A DNA stretch of 64,000 bases from assembly GCA_965263355.1 (NCBI GenBank), contig CBDHHL010000056.1, positions 1,760,001-1,824,000 of the forward strand, in the 5' to 3' direction. Positions within the stretch are counted from its first letter, which is position 1; each line of letters begins with the position of its first letter. The notes below the pieces were generated by a model that made no database searches, was not told where the DNA came from, and saw nothing but the letters and a program-made list of their open reading frames with translations. The translations under genes and the position numbers were made by a program. Shown piece by piece: positions 52,568 through 62,547 of this stretch. The stretch comes from Leptolyngbyaceae cyanobacterium (GTDB lineage Bacteria; Cyanobacteriota; Cyanobacteriia; Phormidesmidales; Phormidesmidaceae).

Positions 52568-53572
52568 TCATGCTCGACGACGTGATCCCCGACGTGAACG
52601 TTTAGAAACGTCATATTCAATGACAGCACCCGCTGCGAAGAAGAGCGCTGAAAAAGTCCAGAAAACTTCCCACAATGCCCCTTCATTATAGTTTTCACCC
52701 ACTGCAGCAAAGGCCATGTCGGCAATGTATAGGCAAAATGTTGCGATCGCAATTAGCTTCCATGACTGGGAAAAACGGCCTCCCCAAAATGCCACCAGCA
52801 GTGCCGCTGCAATGACGACGAGAAAACAATCTGCAATCACATACATAAGGGCCACTGGATCAGCAAACTGCTCAAGCTCATTATCTAAAGCCTTGGCCCA
52901 TCCAGGCGCAGGTAATAAGCCGGCCACTATTTCAGGCTCAGCAACTTCTTCAACCTCAACAACCGATTCCACTGGCGCAGCAGGCTCAGAGTCAGGCAGT
53001 GGCGCTTGGGCCAGCTGTATTTCACTTGCCATAGCCGGTTGCGGCGATAGCTGAGTTGCAACTGCCGGAATCCCATAGTTCAGCACACAAGCTAAAACAA
53101 TCCCCACCGCACCGATGGCAAAAATCATTATCCACTGAGGTATGGTCAAATCAATCCGCCTTGGTAGAGCTGCCAGCAGCATGCCGACTGCCATCGCCAC
53201 ATAGCTAATGAAATAGAACCCATCACCCAAAGAAACTGACGGGTCCAGCCCCCAAACCGTACCCCATAGGAAAAAGAAGACATTCCCTGCCGCATAAGCT
53301 AACATCCCAATTGCTAGTGAAAACCATACGGTTCGACCACTAATAATCTGAGAACTTCCAGAGTTGCGAAAACATAAGAAAGCGGCCAATAGAAACGCAA
53401 AAATTTCTAAAAAAGTAATCGAAATTAAAAACCAGCCTGGACGAACTTCTTCTCCGGGAGCAAGTGCTCCAAAGAGTAAGAAGAAAAGAATAGAAACGAT
53501 GCCCCAAAAAAGGCAAAGCATCAAAGTAGATTGGCTTAAGCTAGCTTTAGAAGCCTTGGAAGACTGAGTCAA
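52568..53572 (-). CDS. Multi-TM membrane protein, sensor-like, without catalytic domain
   Basis: About 8 hydrophobic helices; W..LA.G...Y..GN, P..S..D.FY, Y...D motifs; probable TTG start at 53572. Confidence 0.75.
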   Translation of the reverse strand: MTQSSKASKASLSQSTLMLCLFWGIVSILFFLLFGALAPGEEVRPGWFLISITFLEIFAFLLAAFLCFRNSGSSQIISGRTVWFSLAIGMLAYAAGNVFFFLWGTVWGLDPSVSLGDGFYFISYVAMAVGMLLAALPRRIDLTIPQWIMIFAIGAVGIVLACVLNYGIPAVATQLSPQPAMASEIQLAQAPLPDSEPAAPVESVVEVEEVAEPEIVAGLLPAPGWAKALDNELEQFADPVALMYVIADCFLVVIAAALLVAFWGGRFSQSWKLIAIATFCLYIADMAFAAVGENYNEGALWEVFWTFSALFFAAGAVIEYDVSKRSRRGSRRRA

Positions 53573-53879
53573 TGCCCTACTCCCTAATGAGATAACACCA
53601 AAGATAATGCCCTTGAGCAAGTGTGATTACCCATTCGGCACTTGGGATAGCACTGTATCTAATCATGGTCAGGATTGACCAATAAATTAAGTAACTATAA
53701 AACAATAATGAGTAAACTAGCCACGACCTCACCTATTAAATCCATAGAGTTTAGCCTATGGCAAAGCCAGAATTAATACAGAGAACGGATTTATTCATCC
53801 GTAACATACCTACAACGTAAAAACAAAAGTCGATCAAAAAAGTCAATGCCCCAGAGCTGAGCTATTGTCCAGATGTTTG

Positions 53880-54554
53880 CTACTGCCAAAGTTGACCACT
53901 CGATAACTGTTTCAACCAGGTCAAGAAAGCATCACGTTCTGTTGGTGATAGCTCGTCCAATGCCTCTAAGGTACGTTCGGTAAAATTAGAACGGCCAAAA
54001 TAGGTTTTACCAATGCGATGCAATTCAGTAAATATGGTGTTGAGATGATTTGTCTGCCAAGGCGGCAATGCTGCAGAAAAAGGATCCATTTTTAGGAGTT
54101 CAGTCACTAAATCTTCAGACGTCATCTGGGGCAGATGCATTTGCTGACCAATTTCCGCTAACTCACCCTCAAAACGCTTGGCCTGCTTACTGCCCATTAA
54201 ATCGTCAATATCCTCGTACATGGTCTGAATAATCAGCACCCCTGCCTTAATAAACACAGTACTGACACCGTTTGCAGTTGCAGGTGCCGAGGCCGCCCCC
54301 TCCTCCGATAGTTGATCTAGCTGAATCTTTCCCCAAACACTAAACCTTTCAGGCTCTTCAAGTAATACACAGGCTTTGCCTCGATTATCTGTGAGGTCTC
54401 TCCAGAGAGTTCGTGCATCCTCTTCTTGAGCAGCATTAAAAACACTCAGCAAACGAAATGTCTGCCCTTGATAGGACAAGATTGGAATCTTTTGCTCTTT
54501 AGATGGATGCTGAAAATTGCCAATTTCTACATCCTGGCGCTTTAAGATGAACAT
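53880..54554 (-). CDS. Npun_F0813 family protein
   Basis: MFILKRQDVEI...HP....IPIL.YQGQTFRL...WRDLTDNRGKACVLLEEP.R.SVWG. Confidence 0.8.
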   Translation of the reverse strand: MFILKRQDVEIGNFQHPSKEQKIPILSYQGQTFRLLSVFNAAQEEDARTLWRDLTDNRGKACVLLEEPERFSVWGKIQLDQLSEEGAASAPATANGVSTVFIKAGVLIIQTMYEDIDDLMGSKQAKRFEGELAEIGQQMHLPQMTSEDLVTELLKMDPFSAALPPWQTNHLNTIFTELHRIGKTYFGRSNFTERTLEALDELSPTERDAFLTWLKQLSSGQLWQ

Positions 54555-54891
54555 GGTGCCGCTAATAAATGCTAACCCGAGGAGCCCATGCTATTAGCTT
54601 GAGCGAGTAAACCATTAGTCTGTCAGTCGGCTTTGCTGCCCCTATTGAGTAAGTTCAGCCTAACTCACTACGATAGTAGAAATACGATAGTAGAAAAACC
54701 GTTGATTAAAACCATTTTGTGCCCCCAGCGTACCCAGTTCATTGTTCTGCAGTGACATAGCCTTCATTCTAGGTGGCAGAGAGCCATGCTAGATTATGGC
54801 TAAGATCGCCTATAGACTTAGGACTAGGCTGTACACAAACAGCGTGATTCACTACCTTCTATACTGATATAGTCTGTTACGTAATGTTTAG

Positions 54892-54964
<73 letters not shown>

Positions 54965-54972
54965 TTTTATAG

Positions 54973-55236
54973 GTGACTGCTAAGGTCTATCGGGACTATG
55001 GGGATCGGGCGTCTACACAGTTCAGGCGCTACGGTTTACCCTTTAGTCCCTATGATTTACGCCATGCCTGGGCCATCAGGGCTAGCATTACTTTTCGGTT
55101 GCCGGATACCATTGCTGCCCAAATGATGGGGCACAGTGTTTTGGTGCATAACCGTACCTATCACCGTTGGCTGAGTCAGGCTAAATCGGATGAGGTTTAT
55201 CGAGTTGCGATCTCAACCGGCCCAAAGGCACCCTAA
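54973..55236 (+). pseudogene. Tyrosine integrase C-terminal fragment
   Basis: YDLRHAWAIR (box II), MMGHS and the catalytic Tyr (H..TY); N-terminal domains and the first catalytic Arg are absent; begins 8 bp after the tRNA. Confidence 0.85.
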
Positions 55237-55262
55237 ATAGACCCTAAGTACACCCTAAATAA
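55230..55262 (+). repeat. Three tandem 11-bp repeats
   Basis: ACCCTAAATAG ACCCTAAGTAC ACCCTAAATAA. Confidence 0.75.
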
Positions 55263-55419
55263 AGAAATAAATCAGGCAGGCTTAGAAGTTATGCACCTGG
55301 GTAGGACAGGTAGGTCAAGTCTAGTAAATTCCTTATTTACCAAAATGAACGACTCTATGACCAACCTTTAAGCAATGACAGGACAAGTAGGGTAAGTAGG
55401 GCATAAAATCAAAATACCT

Positions 55420-55455
55420 ATTTCGTTTATTTCGAATAATTCGTTTATTTCGTAG
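55420..55455. promoter_or_regulatory. Four tandem 9-bp repeats, candidate operator of the HTH-PIN operon
   Basis: ATTTCGTTT ATTTCGAAT AATTCGTTT ATTTCGTAG, about 75 bp upstream of the ATG at 55531. Confidence 0.55.
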
Positions 55456-55530
55456 TTTGACTACATAGGTGTGAAGTCTAAAACAGGGTGGTATCTACGC
55501 CTGACATTATTTTCTAAAGGAGTAGCGTTT

Positions 55531-55998
55531 ATGGTGTCGTCAGCAAAGACTAGTAAACCTTTTATCCCCAGTGAGGCTGATACCCAGCTGTCAAAGCAAA
55601 GCAGTCGAATTTTGGCTGCTCATACATCTTCACAAGAGACTCAGCGGCTCAAAGTTGTCGAAGATGATGGCTCTGAGCAGGAAGTGACTATACCGGCTGT
55701 AGCCTTCCAATTATTGGTAGATATTCTGACTCAGATGGCACGGGGGAATGCAATTACGCTTATTCCTATCCATGCCGAGCTTACTACTCAAGAGGCTGCT
55801 GACCTGCTCAATGTGTCACGTCCTTTTTTAGTGAAACTCATTGAATCGGGTGAAATGCCACATCGGTTGGTGGGCCGTCATCGCCGTGTCCGATTTGAGG
55901 ATCTGATGGAATATAAACAGCGTACCGATACCCAGCGCATGAGTGCTTTAGATGCCTTAGCCGAGCAAGCACAAGAGCTGGGAATGGGTTACGACTAA
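55531..55998 (+). CDS. Excisionase-like HTH DNA-binding protein (putative antitoxin)
   Basis: ELTTQEAADLLNVSRPFLVKL...GE.P...VG.HRR; AAGGAG RBS. Confidence 0.9.
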   Translation: MVSSAKTSKPFIPSEADTQLSKQSSRILAAHTSSQETQRLKVVEDDGSEQEVTIPAVAFQLLVDILTQMARGNAITLIPIHAELTTQEAADLLNVSRPFLVKLIESGEMPHRLVGRHRRVRFEDLMEYKQRTDTQRMSALDALAEQAQELGMGYD

Positions 55999-56000
55999 CC

Positions 56001-56570
56001 ATGGCTTCAAGATTTACGGTTGTTTATGACGCTTGCGTACTCTATCCAGCTGCATTACGTGACCTATTAATGCAGTTGGCGTTGACAGATTTATTTCGTG
56101 CCCGCTGGACTAATGAAATCCATGATGAATGGATTCGCAATTTGCGTGAAAATCGACCAGACCTGACGATAGAGCAATTGACACGCACCAAAGAATTAAT
56201 GAACAGTAATCGTGACTGTCTGGTGGATAGCTATAAATGGCTTATTCTATCATTAGAATTGCCTGATCCAGGAGATTGCCATGTCCTGGCGGCTGCGATC
56301 AAAACGAATGCTGATGTGATTGTTACCTTTAATCAAAAAGACTTTCCAGCATCAGCCCTCGGTAAATATGAGATTGAAGCACAACATTCTGATGATTTCA
56401 TTTCTTACTTACTAGACTTGCAGCCTGCTCAGGTTGCAACTGCTGCGGAGATATGTCGAAAACGTCTAAAGAATCCGCCCAAATCAATTGACGAGTATTT
56501 AGATATTCTGCTGCGACAACAACTGACCATCACAGTGGATGTGCTGCGAGAGCTTATCTATGAGATTTAG
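56001..56570 (+). CDS. PIN domain protein (putative toxin)
   Basis: V.DACVLYP, W...I..EW, LPD..D.HVLAAA, IVTFN.KDFP. Confidence 0.9.
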   Translation: MASRFTVVYDACVLYPAALRDLLMQLALTDLFRARWTNEIHDEWIRNLRENRPDLTIEQLTRTKELMNSNRDCLVDSYKWLILSLELPDPGDCHVLAAAIKTNADVIVTFNQKDFPASALGKYEIEAQHSDDFISYLLDLQPAQVATAAEICRKRLKNPPKSIDEYLDILLRQQLTITVDVLRELIYEI

Positions 56571-56599
56571 TCCCAGTAAAAAGCTAAGTCGCCCGTCGT

Positions 56600-57497
56600 C
56601 GCTCGGGGTCAGACTTTTGAATGATGACCGCTTAGGTCGGGTGTTAGATCGTCTCTATCAAACGAGCATCACGTCTGTGTTTTTGGCCATCTGTCTAGAA
56701 GCGGTCAAGCGGTTTGATATTCGCTGTGAGCGAGCCCACTTAGACGCCACCTCGATGAGTGTGTCTGGGGCCTATATGCAATCGAGTGATGCGGTTCCCC
56801 TAGCCGCCACCCTTCCGATTCAAGTCTGCTATGGCTATTCGCGGGACCACCGTCCCGACTTGAAACAGTTTGTGATGAATCTGGTGTGCTGGGGAGACGG
56901 CGATATCCCGGCTTTCCTCGAACTGGCCGATGGGAATCAATCGGATAAAGCGCGCTTTGCCGGGCTTCTCGGTGAGTTCCAGCAACAATGGGAGTTTGAG
57001 GGAATCCATGTCGCCGATGCGGCGCTCTACAGTGTCGATAATATACAGCAATTGGGGAGCTTGCGGTGGATCTCTCGGGTGCCATTAACCATCGTCCAAA
57101 CCAACGCCCTGATTGAGGACATCGATTTGGACCGACTTAGTCGTCAGCCATTTGCGTGTGAAGCGGATGCCCAACAGGCCTTAGAGCGGTTTGAGAAGAC
57201 GCTAAAAATCATCTCATCTCTGACTCAAGTATCGTCGAACAGCCGCACTATGACCGCCCCGGACGACCGGCCAAACATGCCACACCCACCTCTGTGAGCT
57301 ATCCCGTTCAAGCAACCTTGAGCCGAGATCCAACCGCCGACACCCTGCAACGGCGTAGAGCCGGTCGCTTTATCCTGGCCACCAATGTCTTGGCCTCCCC
57401 TAAACTCCCACTGGAGGAGTCAGACCCCGACTCAATCCAGATTTCAACCGATGAGATTCTTTCCGAATATAAGGCCCAACAGAGCACTGAACGTTGA
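56600..57497 (+). mobile_element. IS1634 family transposase remnant (5'-truncated, internally deleted, frameshifted)
   Basis: LNDDRLGR.LD.LY, HLD.TS, GYSRDHRPDLKQF, GN.SD, ADAALY, F.CE.DA, GRFILATN, YK.QQ..ER then stop. Confidence 0.85.
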
Positions 57498-57597
57498 AAA
57501 AACGCATTATTGGCAATGTGCCACTTGAGAGGGCGGAATGTCGGTTTTAAGGTAAATTGACCGAATTTTAGGCTCAGCTCTAGGAAATACCTCAAGG

Positions 57598-57837
57598 TCA
57601 ATCTGTGGTCTGACTGGTTTCATTGGGTGGGCTGATAATTGCCTGATCTTCAAGTAGCCTCAGCATTGTGATAAGAGTTTCTATTTTTGCGCCTTTATAG
57701 CGTTTGCGCTCACGCTGCTCAAGGGCCTGTTTGCTAACACCAAGGGCATTAGCCGCATCAGTCATGGTTGGAAAAACAAGCTTCCTAGCAGCAATCAATT
57801 TATCCGGTAGGGTTTCTAGCCAGTCAGATGCTTTCAT
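57598..57837 (-). CDS. Small XRE-like HTH protein (HigA C-terminal-like)
   Basis: LP..LIAAR......T.AA.ALGVSKQ.....E...Y..A.IETL. Confidence 0.65.
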   Translation of the reverse strand: MKASDWLETLPDKLIAARKLVFPTMTDAANALGVSKQALEQRERKRYKGAKIETLITMLRLLEDQAIISPPNETSQTTD

Positions 57838-58206
57838 GGTGAGTCAAGCTGTAAGTATGGCAAAACAATATAGCTAACCAACTTCAGACTGTCAACGGGG
57901 ATCGCCTAATGCCAGGCTTTACAGCGTCTATAACCAGATTGAAAACTCGATGATAGGTTAAGGAGTTCAAGGACCGATTAATACAAATGCATTAGTCATG
58001 CCTCGGCACTATCGTCTCTAATGCATAGCTTTCCTAGAATGCATTAGGCCAAAGCAGCTATATGGGAGACAAATCACGTAACACATAAGTATAATTTGCA
58101 ACTCCGAACCTATCCAAGGGCATGCTGAAAGCAACGTCAGCCAGATGTAATGGCAAACAAAAAGATTAAGGCACTGCAATACAACGATTCTCTAGGTTGC
58201 TTTTCA

Positions 58207-59256
58207 ATGATTAGCGTTTTAGAACATGTCGACCGCTTAGTAGATTTACGACCCACCTTTAGTCGTCTCTTTCCCGAAAAAATTGGCCTAGATTTTTCAA
58301 TTGCGATTCCCACTTACAACGGAGCTGAGCGATTGGGGTCTGTTCTAGAAGCAATACGCTGGCAGTTAAATACCCATAAACTCAGCTGGGAAGTGATTGT
58401 CGTTGATAATAACAGCACGGATAGTACCGCTGACATTGTTCAACAGTACCAGCGTCAATGGGATCGTTCAGCACCACTTCGCTATGCATTTGAGCCAAAG
58501 CAAGGTGCTGCTTACGCCAGACAAACTGCCATTAAGATTGCGACCAGTCCACTAGTAGGATTTTTAGATGACGATACGCTGCCTAGCATGACCTGGTTAG
58601 TGTCAGCCTATGGCTTTGCCCACAAGCATCCAAAGGCTGGTGTGATTGCTAGCCGCATTCGAGGAAAGTTTGAAACAGCACCTCCAAAGAATTTTGAGCG
58701 AATAGCATCTCTGTTAGCCCTTACTGAACGTGGTTCCCAACCCCTGATGTATCGTCCTAGTCAAAAAGTTGTTCCACCATCAGCCGGAATGGTGGTTAGG
58801 CGTCAAGCTTGGATAGATAATGTTCCTGAAGAACTCGTTTTAACAGGCCGTACCAGCACCAGCATGTTGACTGGAGAAGATACGGAATCAATTTTGCACA
58901 TTCAGCGAGCAGGTTGGGAGGTTTGGTACAACCCCGAAATGCGTTTGCAACATCAAATTCCCAGCTCTCGATTAACTCGCCAATATCTGCAAAAACTTTG
59001 CCATGGTATCGGCCTGAGCCGTTATCGCACGCGCATGCTGGCGACTTCACTATGGCTACGCCCGCTAATGCTGTCTTTATATATGGCAAATGATATCCGC
59101 AAAATACTGCGCCATTGCTTTCGCCATCGTCGTAATGTTATCCAGGATGATGTTACGGCTTGTGAGCTAACATTGTATACCGCTAGCTTAATCAGTCCTT
59201 TTTTCATGGCTCAACGCAGTATTAAGCAACGAATGCAAAAGCATGAGGGCTGTTAA
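58207..59256 (+). CDS. GT2 glycosyltransferase, HpsE-like (hormogonium polysaccharide)
   Basis: AIPTYNG..RL, VVDNNS.D, FE.KQG..YARQ, FLDDD, PP.AG.VVR, GED.E...HIQ..GWE.WYNP. Confidence 0.8.
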   Translation: MISVLEHVDRLVDLRPTFSRLFPEKIGLDFSIAIPTYNGAERLGSVLEAIRWQLNTHKLSWEVIVVDNNSTDSTADIVQQYQRQWDRSAPLRYAFEPKQGAAYARQTAIKIATSPLVGFLDDDTLPSMTWLVSAYGFAHKHPKAGVIASRIRGKFETAPPKNFERIASLLALTERGSQPLMYRPSQKVVPPSAGMVVRRQAWIDNVPEELVLTGRTSTSMLTGEDTESILHIQRAGWEVWYNPEMRLQHQIPSSRLTRQYLQKLCHGIGLSRYRTRMLATSLWLRPLMLSLYMANDIRKILRHCFRHRRNVIQDDVTACELTLYTASLISPFFMAQRSIKQRMQKHEGC

Positions 59257-59274
59257 GCTAAAGGCAAACGGCCA

Positions 59275-59877
59275 CTATCTAACCACTTGCCGTTGAAGAT
59301 AGCTTTCTAAGCGATCAACATCGTCAGGTAATAAAACATTCAGCCTGCCCGTGGTGATTACACCATTAATATCAGGAGTTACTTCAATCCAGTAAGCATA
59401 AATGCTTCCCAAACGTACTTCACCCTGAATGGTATTGGTCTCAGAAGTATAGCTATAGATGGGCTGCGCCCGACGATAGTCAGCATAAGTATCTGGGCCA
59501 TAAAGGATCCGTAGAGATTCTTCTAGCCGAGCAGTGGTAACTTGCTCATCGTAATCAACTAGGATAAATTCCTCACGACGCACAATACTTAAATTCTGCG
59601 GGCTGCTTGAGTTTGGCCATGCAGAATTATTCCCAGAACGTCGAAAACCGCCAACGGGAAAAACACTTGCTTGAAATGAAAAACGACGGGAAGGGATGTC
59701 GGCCCGATGAACCCTCAAACCCTCACTGCTACTAGCGCGTAGGGTGGGGTGACCCTGCATCCAAGTTTTGACTTCGTTGACAGAATATCCTGGCAACCCA
59801 TATCCAGGACGAGCAGACAATAAAAATGGTAGGCCAATTCCCAGAGCAAATAGTCCCAGGCCGATACGCTTCTTCAT
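59275..59877 (-). CDS. Conserved exported hypothetical protein
   Basis: Signal peptide, LPG.....V..W...HPTL, RLEESLR..YG.....DY motifs. Confidence 0.75.
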   Translation of the reverse strand: MKKRIGLGLFALGIGLPFLLSARPGYGLPGYSVNEVKTWMQGHPTLRASSSEGLRVHRADIPSRRFSFQASVFPVGGFRRSGNNSAWPNSSSPQNLSIVRREEFILVDYDEQVTTARLEESLRILYGPDTYADYRRAQPIYSYTSETNTIQGEVRLGSIYAYWIEVTPDINGVITTGRLNVLLPDDVDRLESYLQRQVVR

Positions 59878-59967
59878 AGCTCCTACTGCGATTTCAATTT
59901 ATTTATCTTGATTAGACTTCCCAGAAAGAGCCTGTGAATACGCTTGTAATGGTACCCTTATCAAATT

Positions 59968-61452
59968 TTAAAGAGTGCCAAACCCTTTTTTCTTTTTCTT
60001 CTTTTTGCTCTTTTTAGCGCCTGCACTATAGCCACGAAAGCCAGGCCGTCCCCCTCCCATGCCGGGCATACCGCCCATACCAGGCATACCGCCCATACCA
60101 GGCATACCGCCCATGCCAGGCATACCGCCCATACCGGGCATACCGCCCATGCCTCCTTGCCCCATTTGTTTCATCATGGAGCGCATCTTTTGGAAATCGC
60201 TGACGAGTTTACTAACATCTTTATCTCCATAGCCAGAGCCTTTAGCAATTCGACGACGGCGACCTGGAGAGTTGGCGAGTAGATCGGGATCTTCACGCTC
60301 CTGTTTAGTCATGGAATTGATCATAGCTTCACAGCGTCGCAACTGGGTTTCCCCCTGCTGCAGCTGGTCTGCAGATAATTTATTAGACATACCAGGAATC
60401 AATTTCATAATCCCGGTTAATGAGCCCATGTTTTTCATCAAGCGGGTTTGCTTGAGAAAGTCGTTAAAGTCAAATCGGGCTTCTAGAATCTTAGCCTGAA
60501 GCTTTTCCGCATCAGCAATGTCAACTTCTTCTTGAGCTTTTTCGACTAAGGTGAGCACATCACCCATACCTAGAATGCGGGATGCCATACGGTCTGGATA
60601 GAAGGGTTGTAGAGCTTCTACCTTTTCTCCAATGCCGATAAATTTAATTGGCTTGCCCGAAATCTGACGAATTGATAAAGCAGCACCACCACGGGAGTCA
60701 CCATCCATTTTGGTGAGTATAGCGCCGGTGATCCCAATTTCTTCGTGAAATGTCTGGGTTAGAGTGGCGGCTTCTTGTCCTGTCATGGCATCCACCACTA
60801 GCAAGACTTCATCAGGACTAATGGCTGTTTTGATTTGCTCCAGCTCAACCATCATGTCCTGATCAATTTGTAATCGACCAGCGGTGTCCACAATCACCGT
60901 ATCCACACCCTCTGCTTTTGCGTTAGCGATCCCTGCCTTAGCAATATCCACAGGATTCGCAGCGGTACCCATTTCAAAGACAGGTACATCAATTTGTTTA
61001 CCCAGGGTAATTAGCTGGTCTACGGCGGCTGGACGATAGACGTCGGTTGCCACCAACATGGCTGATCGTTCTTGCTTACGCAGATGCAGGGCTAGTTTTG
61101 CCGAAGCAGTCGTTTTACCGGTTCCCTGTAGACCGGCCATGAGCACTACAGTAGGTTTTCTGTTGGCATCGGCTAGGGGTTCATTGGCATCCCCCATGAG
61201 GGAAACTAGCTCATCGTAGACAATTTTGATGAACTGCTGATCGGGGGCAACGCCAGTCACCACCTCGGCTCCTTGAGCCTTTTCTTGAACGTCAGCGATA
61301 AAATCTTTAACTACGTTAAAGCTGACATCAGCTTCTAATAACGCTCGTCTAACTTCCCGGAGTGCCTCTTTGATATTGGAATCGGAGATTTTATCTTGAC
61401 CGCGCAGGGTCTTCCAAGCGGATTCAAATCTTTCTGAGAGGGCTTCAAACAT
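59968..61452 (-). CDS. ffh: Signal recognition particle protein
   Basis: GLQGTGKTT, DTAGR, TKMDG..RGG, RILGMGD, M domain. Confidence 0.98.
   Translation of the reverse strand: MFEALSERFESAWKTLRGQDKISDSNIKEALREVRRALLEADVSFNVVKDFIADVQEKAQGAEVVTGVAPDQQFIKIVYDELVSLMGDANEPLADANRKPTVVLMAGLQGTGKTTASAKLALHLRKQERSAMLVATDVYRPAAVDQLITLGKQIDVPVFEMGTAANPVDIAKAGIANAKAEGVDTVIVDTAGRLQIDQDMMVELEQIKTAISPDEVLLVVDAMTGQEAATLTQTFHEEIGITGAILTKMDGDSRGGAALSIRQISGKPIKFIGIGEKVEALQPFYPDRMASRILGMGDVLTLVEKAQEEVDIADAEKLQAKILEARFDFNDFLKQTRLMKNMGSLTGIMKLIPGMSNKLSADQLQQGETQLRRCEAMINSMTKQEREDPDLLANSPGRRRRIAKGSGYGDKDVSKLVSDFQKMRSMMKQMGQGGMGGMPGMGGMPGMGGMPGMGGMPGMGGMPGMGGGRPGFRGYSAGAKKSKKKKKKKGFGTL
60055..60150 (-). repeat. 18-bp coding tandem repeat encoding (GGMPGM) x5 in the Ffh C-tail
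   Basis: CCCATRCCRGGCATACCG units. Confidence 0.9.
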
Positions 61453-61569
61453 GGGAAGAAGGAAATCGGTTAACCGGAGTATTGTTCCATACTAATAGCT
61501 TTGCCTGCGTCTACCGAATATCCAATCCACAAACACTTGCTATGCTGCTGTAGTTGCCAAGCTAAAACG

Positions 61570-62547
61570 ATGAACGGTGATAAAAAACGAGCGCCCAATA
61601 ACCGCACATTGGTTTTAAGTACAAATGACCGCCTTGTATACCGTCAAAAGCTCGTTACGCTCACCTCAGATAAAACGCCCCAGGCGTTTGAAAACATTAC
61701 GATCTGGCAAGATACGTTTAACGTATTGCCGAGGCTACCTGATTGTTTTATTGATTTATTAATTGTTGATCCGCCTTATAACCGTTCCAAAGTTTTTAAC
61801 CAATCTACATTTGTCCACCGTTCCCTAGAGGCTTATGAAACCTGGCTAGATGGTTGGATGTCCCAGGTTGTCAGATTGCTCAAACCCAATGCATCAGCCT
61901 ATGTTTGCTGTGATTGGCAATCGTCACCTGCAGTGTACAGTATTTTTTCTCGCTATTTTATTGTGCGAAACCGGATCACTTGGGAACGGGAAAAGGGACG
62001 GGGATCAAAACAAAATTGGAAAAACTCGTCGGAAGATATTTGGTTTGGCACATTATCTGAAAACTATTGGTTTGACGTTGAAGCGGTCAAACTTAAACGC
62101 CGAGTGCTGGCACCGTATCGCGATCGCAATGGTAAACCAAAAGACTGGCAGCCAACAGATAATGGAAAGTTCCGGATCACCCATCCATCTAATTTATGGA
62201 CAGACATCTCGATTCCATTCTGGTCAATGCCAGAAAATACTGACCATCCTACCCAAAAACCAGAAAAGCTGATCGCTAAAATTATTTTGGCTAGTAGCCA
62301 ACCTGGAGATATAGTGTTTGATCCATTTTTAGGATCAGGTACCACATCCGTTGTCGCGAAGAAACTAGGCCGTCGCTATATTGGCATCGAAATGGATGAA
62401 GAATACGCTTGCATCGCCGAAAAAAGATTGGATTTAGCTACATCTCAACCTGAGATCCAAGGTTACGCTGGCGGATATTTTTGGGAGCGCAATAGCCTGA
62501 TTGCTCAACAGCAGGCTCGCAGACAGGCGGGAAATGCAGAATGTTAA
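61570..62547 (+). CDS. Orphan N4/N6 DNA methyltransferase (beta class)
   Basis: Catalytic DPPY precedes HPTQKP and the SAM-binding DPFLGSGTT motif; no adjacent endonuclease. Confidence 0.92.
   Translation: MNGDKKRAPNNRTLVLSTNDRLVYRQKLVTLTSDKTPQAFENITIWQDTFNVLPRLPDCFIDLLIVDPPYNRSKVFNQSTFVHRSLEAYETWLDGWMSQVVRLLKPNASAYVCCDWQSSPAVYSIFSRYFIVRNRITWEREKGRGSKQNWKNSSEDIWFGTLSENYWFDVEAVKLKRRVLAPYRDRNGKPKDWQPTDNGKFRITHPSNLWTDISIPFWSMPENTDHPTQKPEKLIAKIILASSQPGDIVFDPFLGSGTTSVVAKKLGRRYIGIEMDEEYACIAEKRLDLATSQPEIQGYAGGYFWERNSLIAQQQARRQAGNAEC

Noticed and set aside
52504..52752. N-terminal extension of the HTH protein ORF
   Set aside because: Overlaps the upstream membrane gene; the conserved-looking domain starts at the ATG at 52503
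55230..55455. CRISPR array interpretation of the short repeats
   Set aside because: Units are 9-11 bp and contiguous, with no spacers and no cas genes in the window
54965..57900. Absence of HIP1 sites in the island as evidence of foreign origin
   Set aside because: At about one site per 2.5-3 kb, absence over 3 kb is not significant
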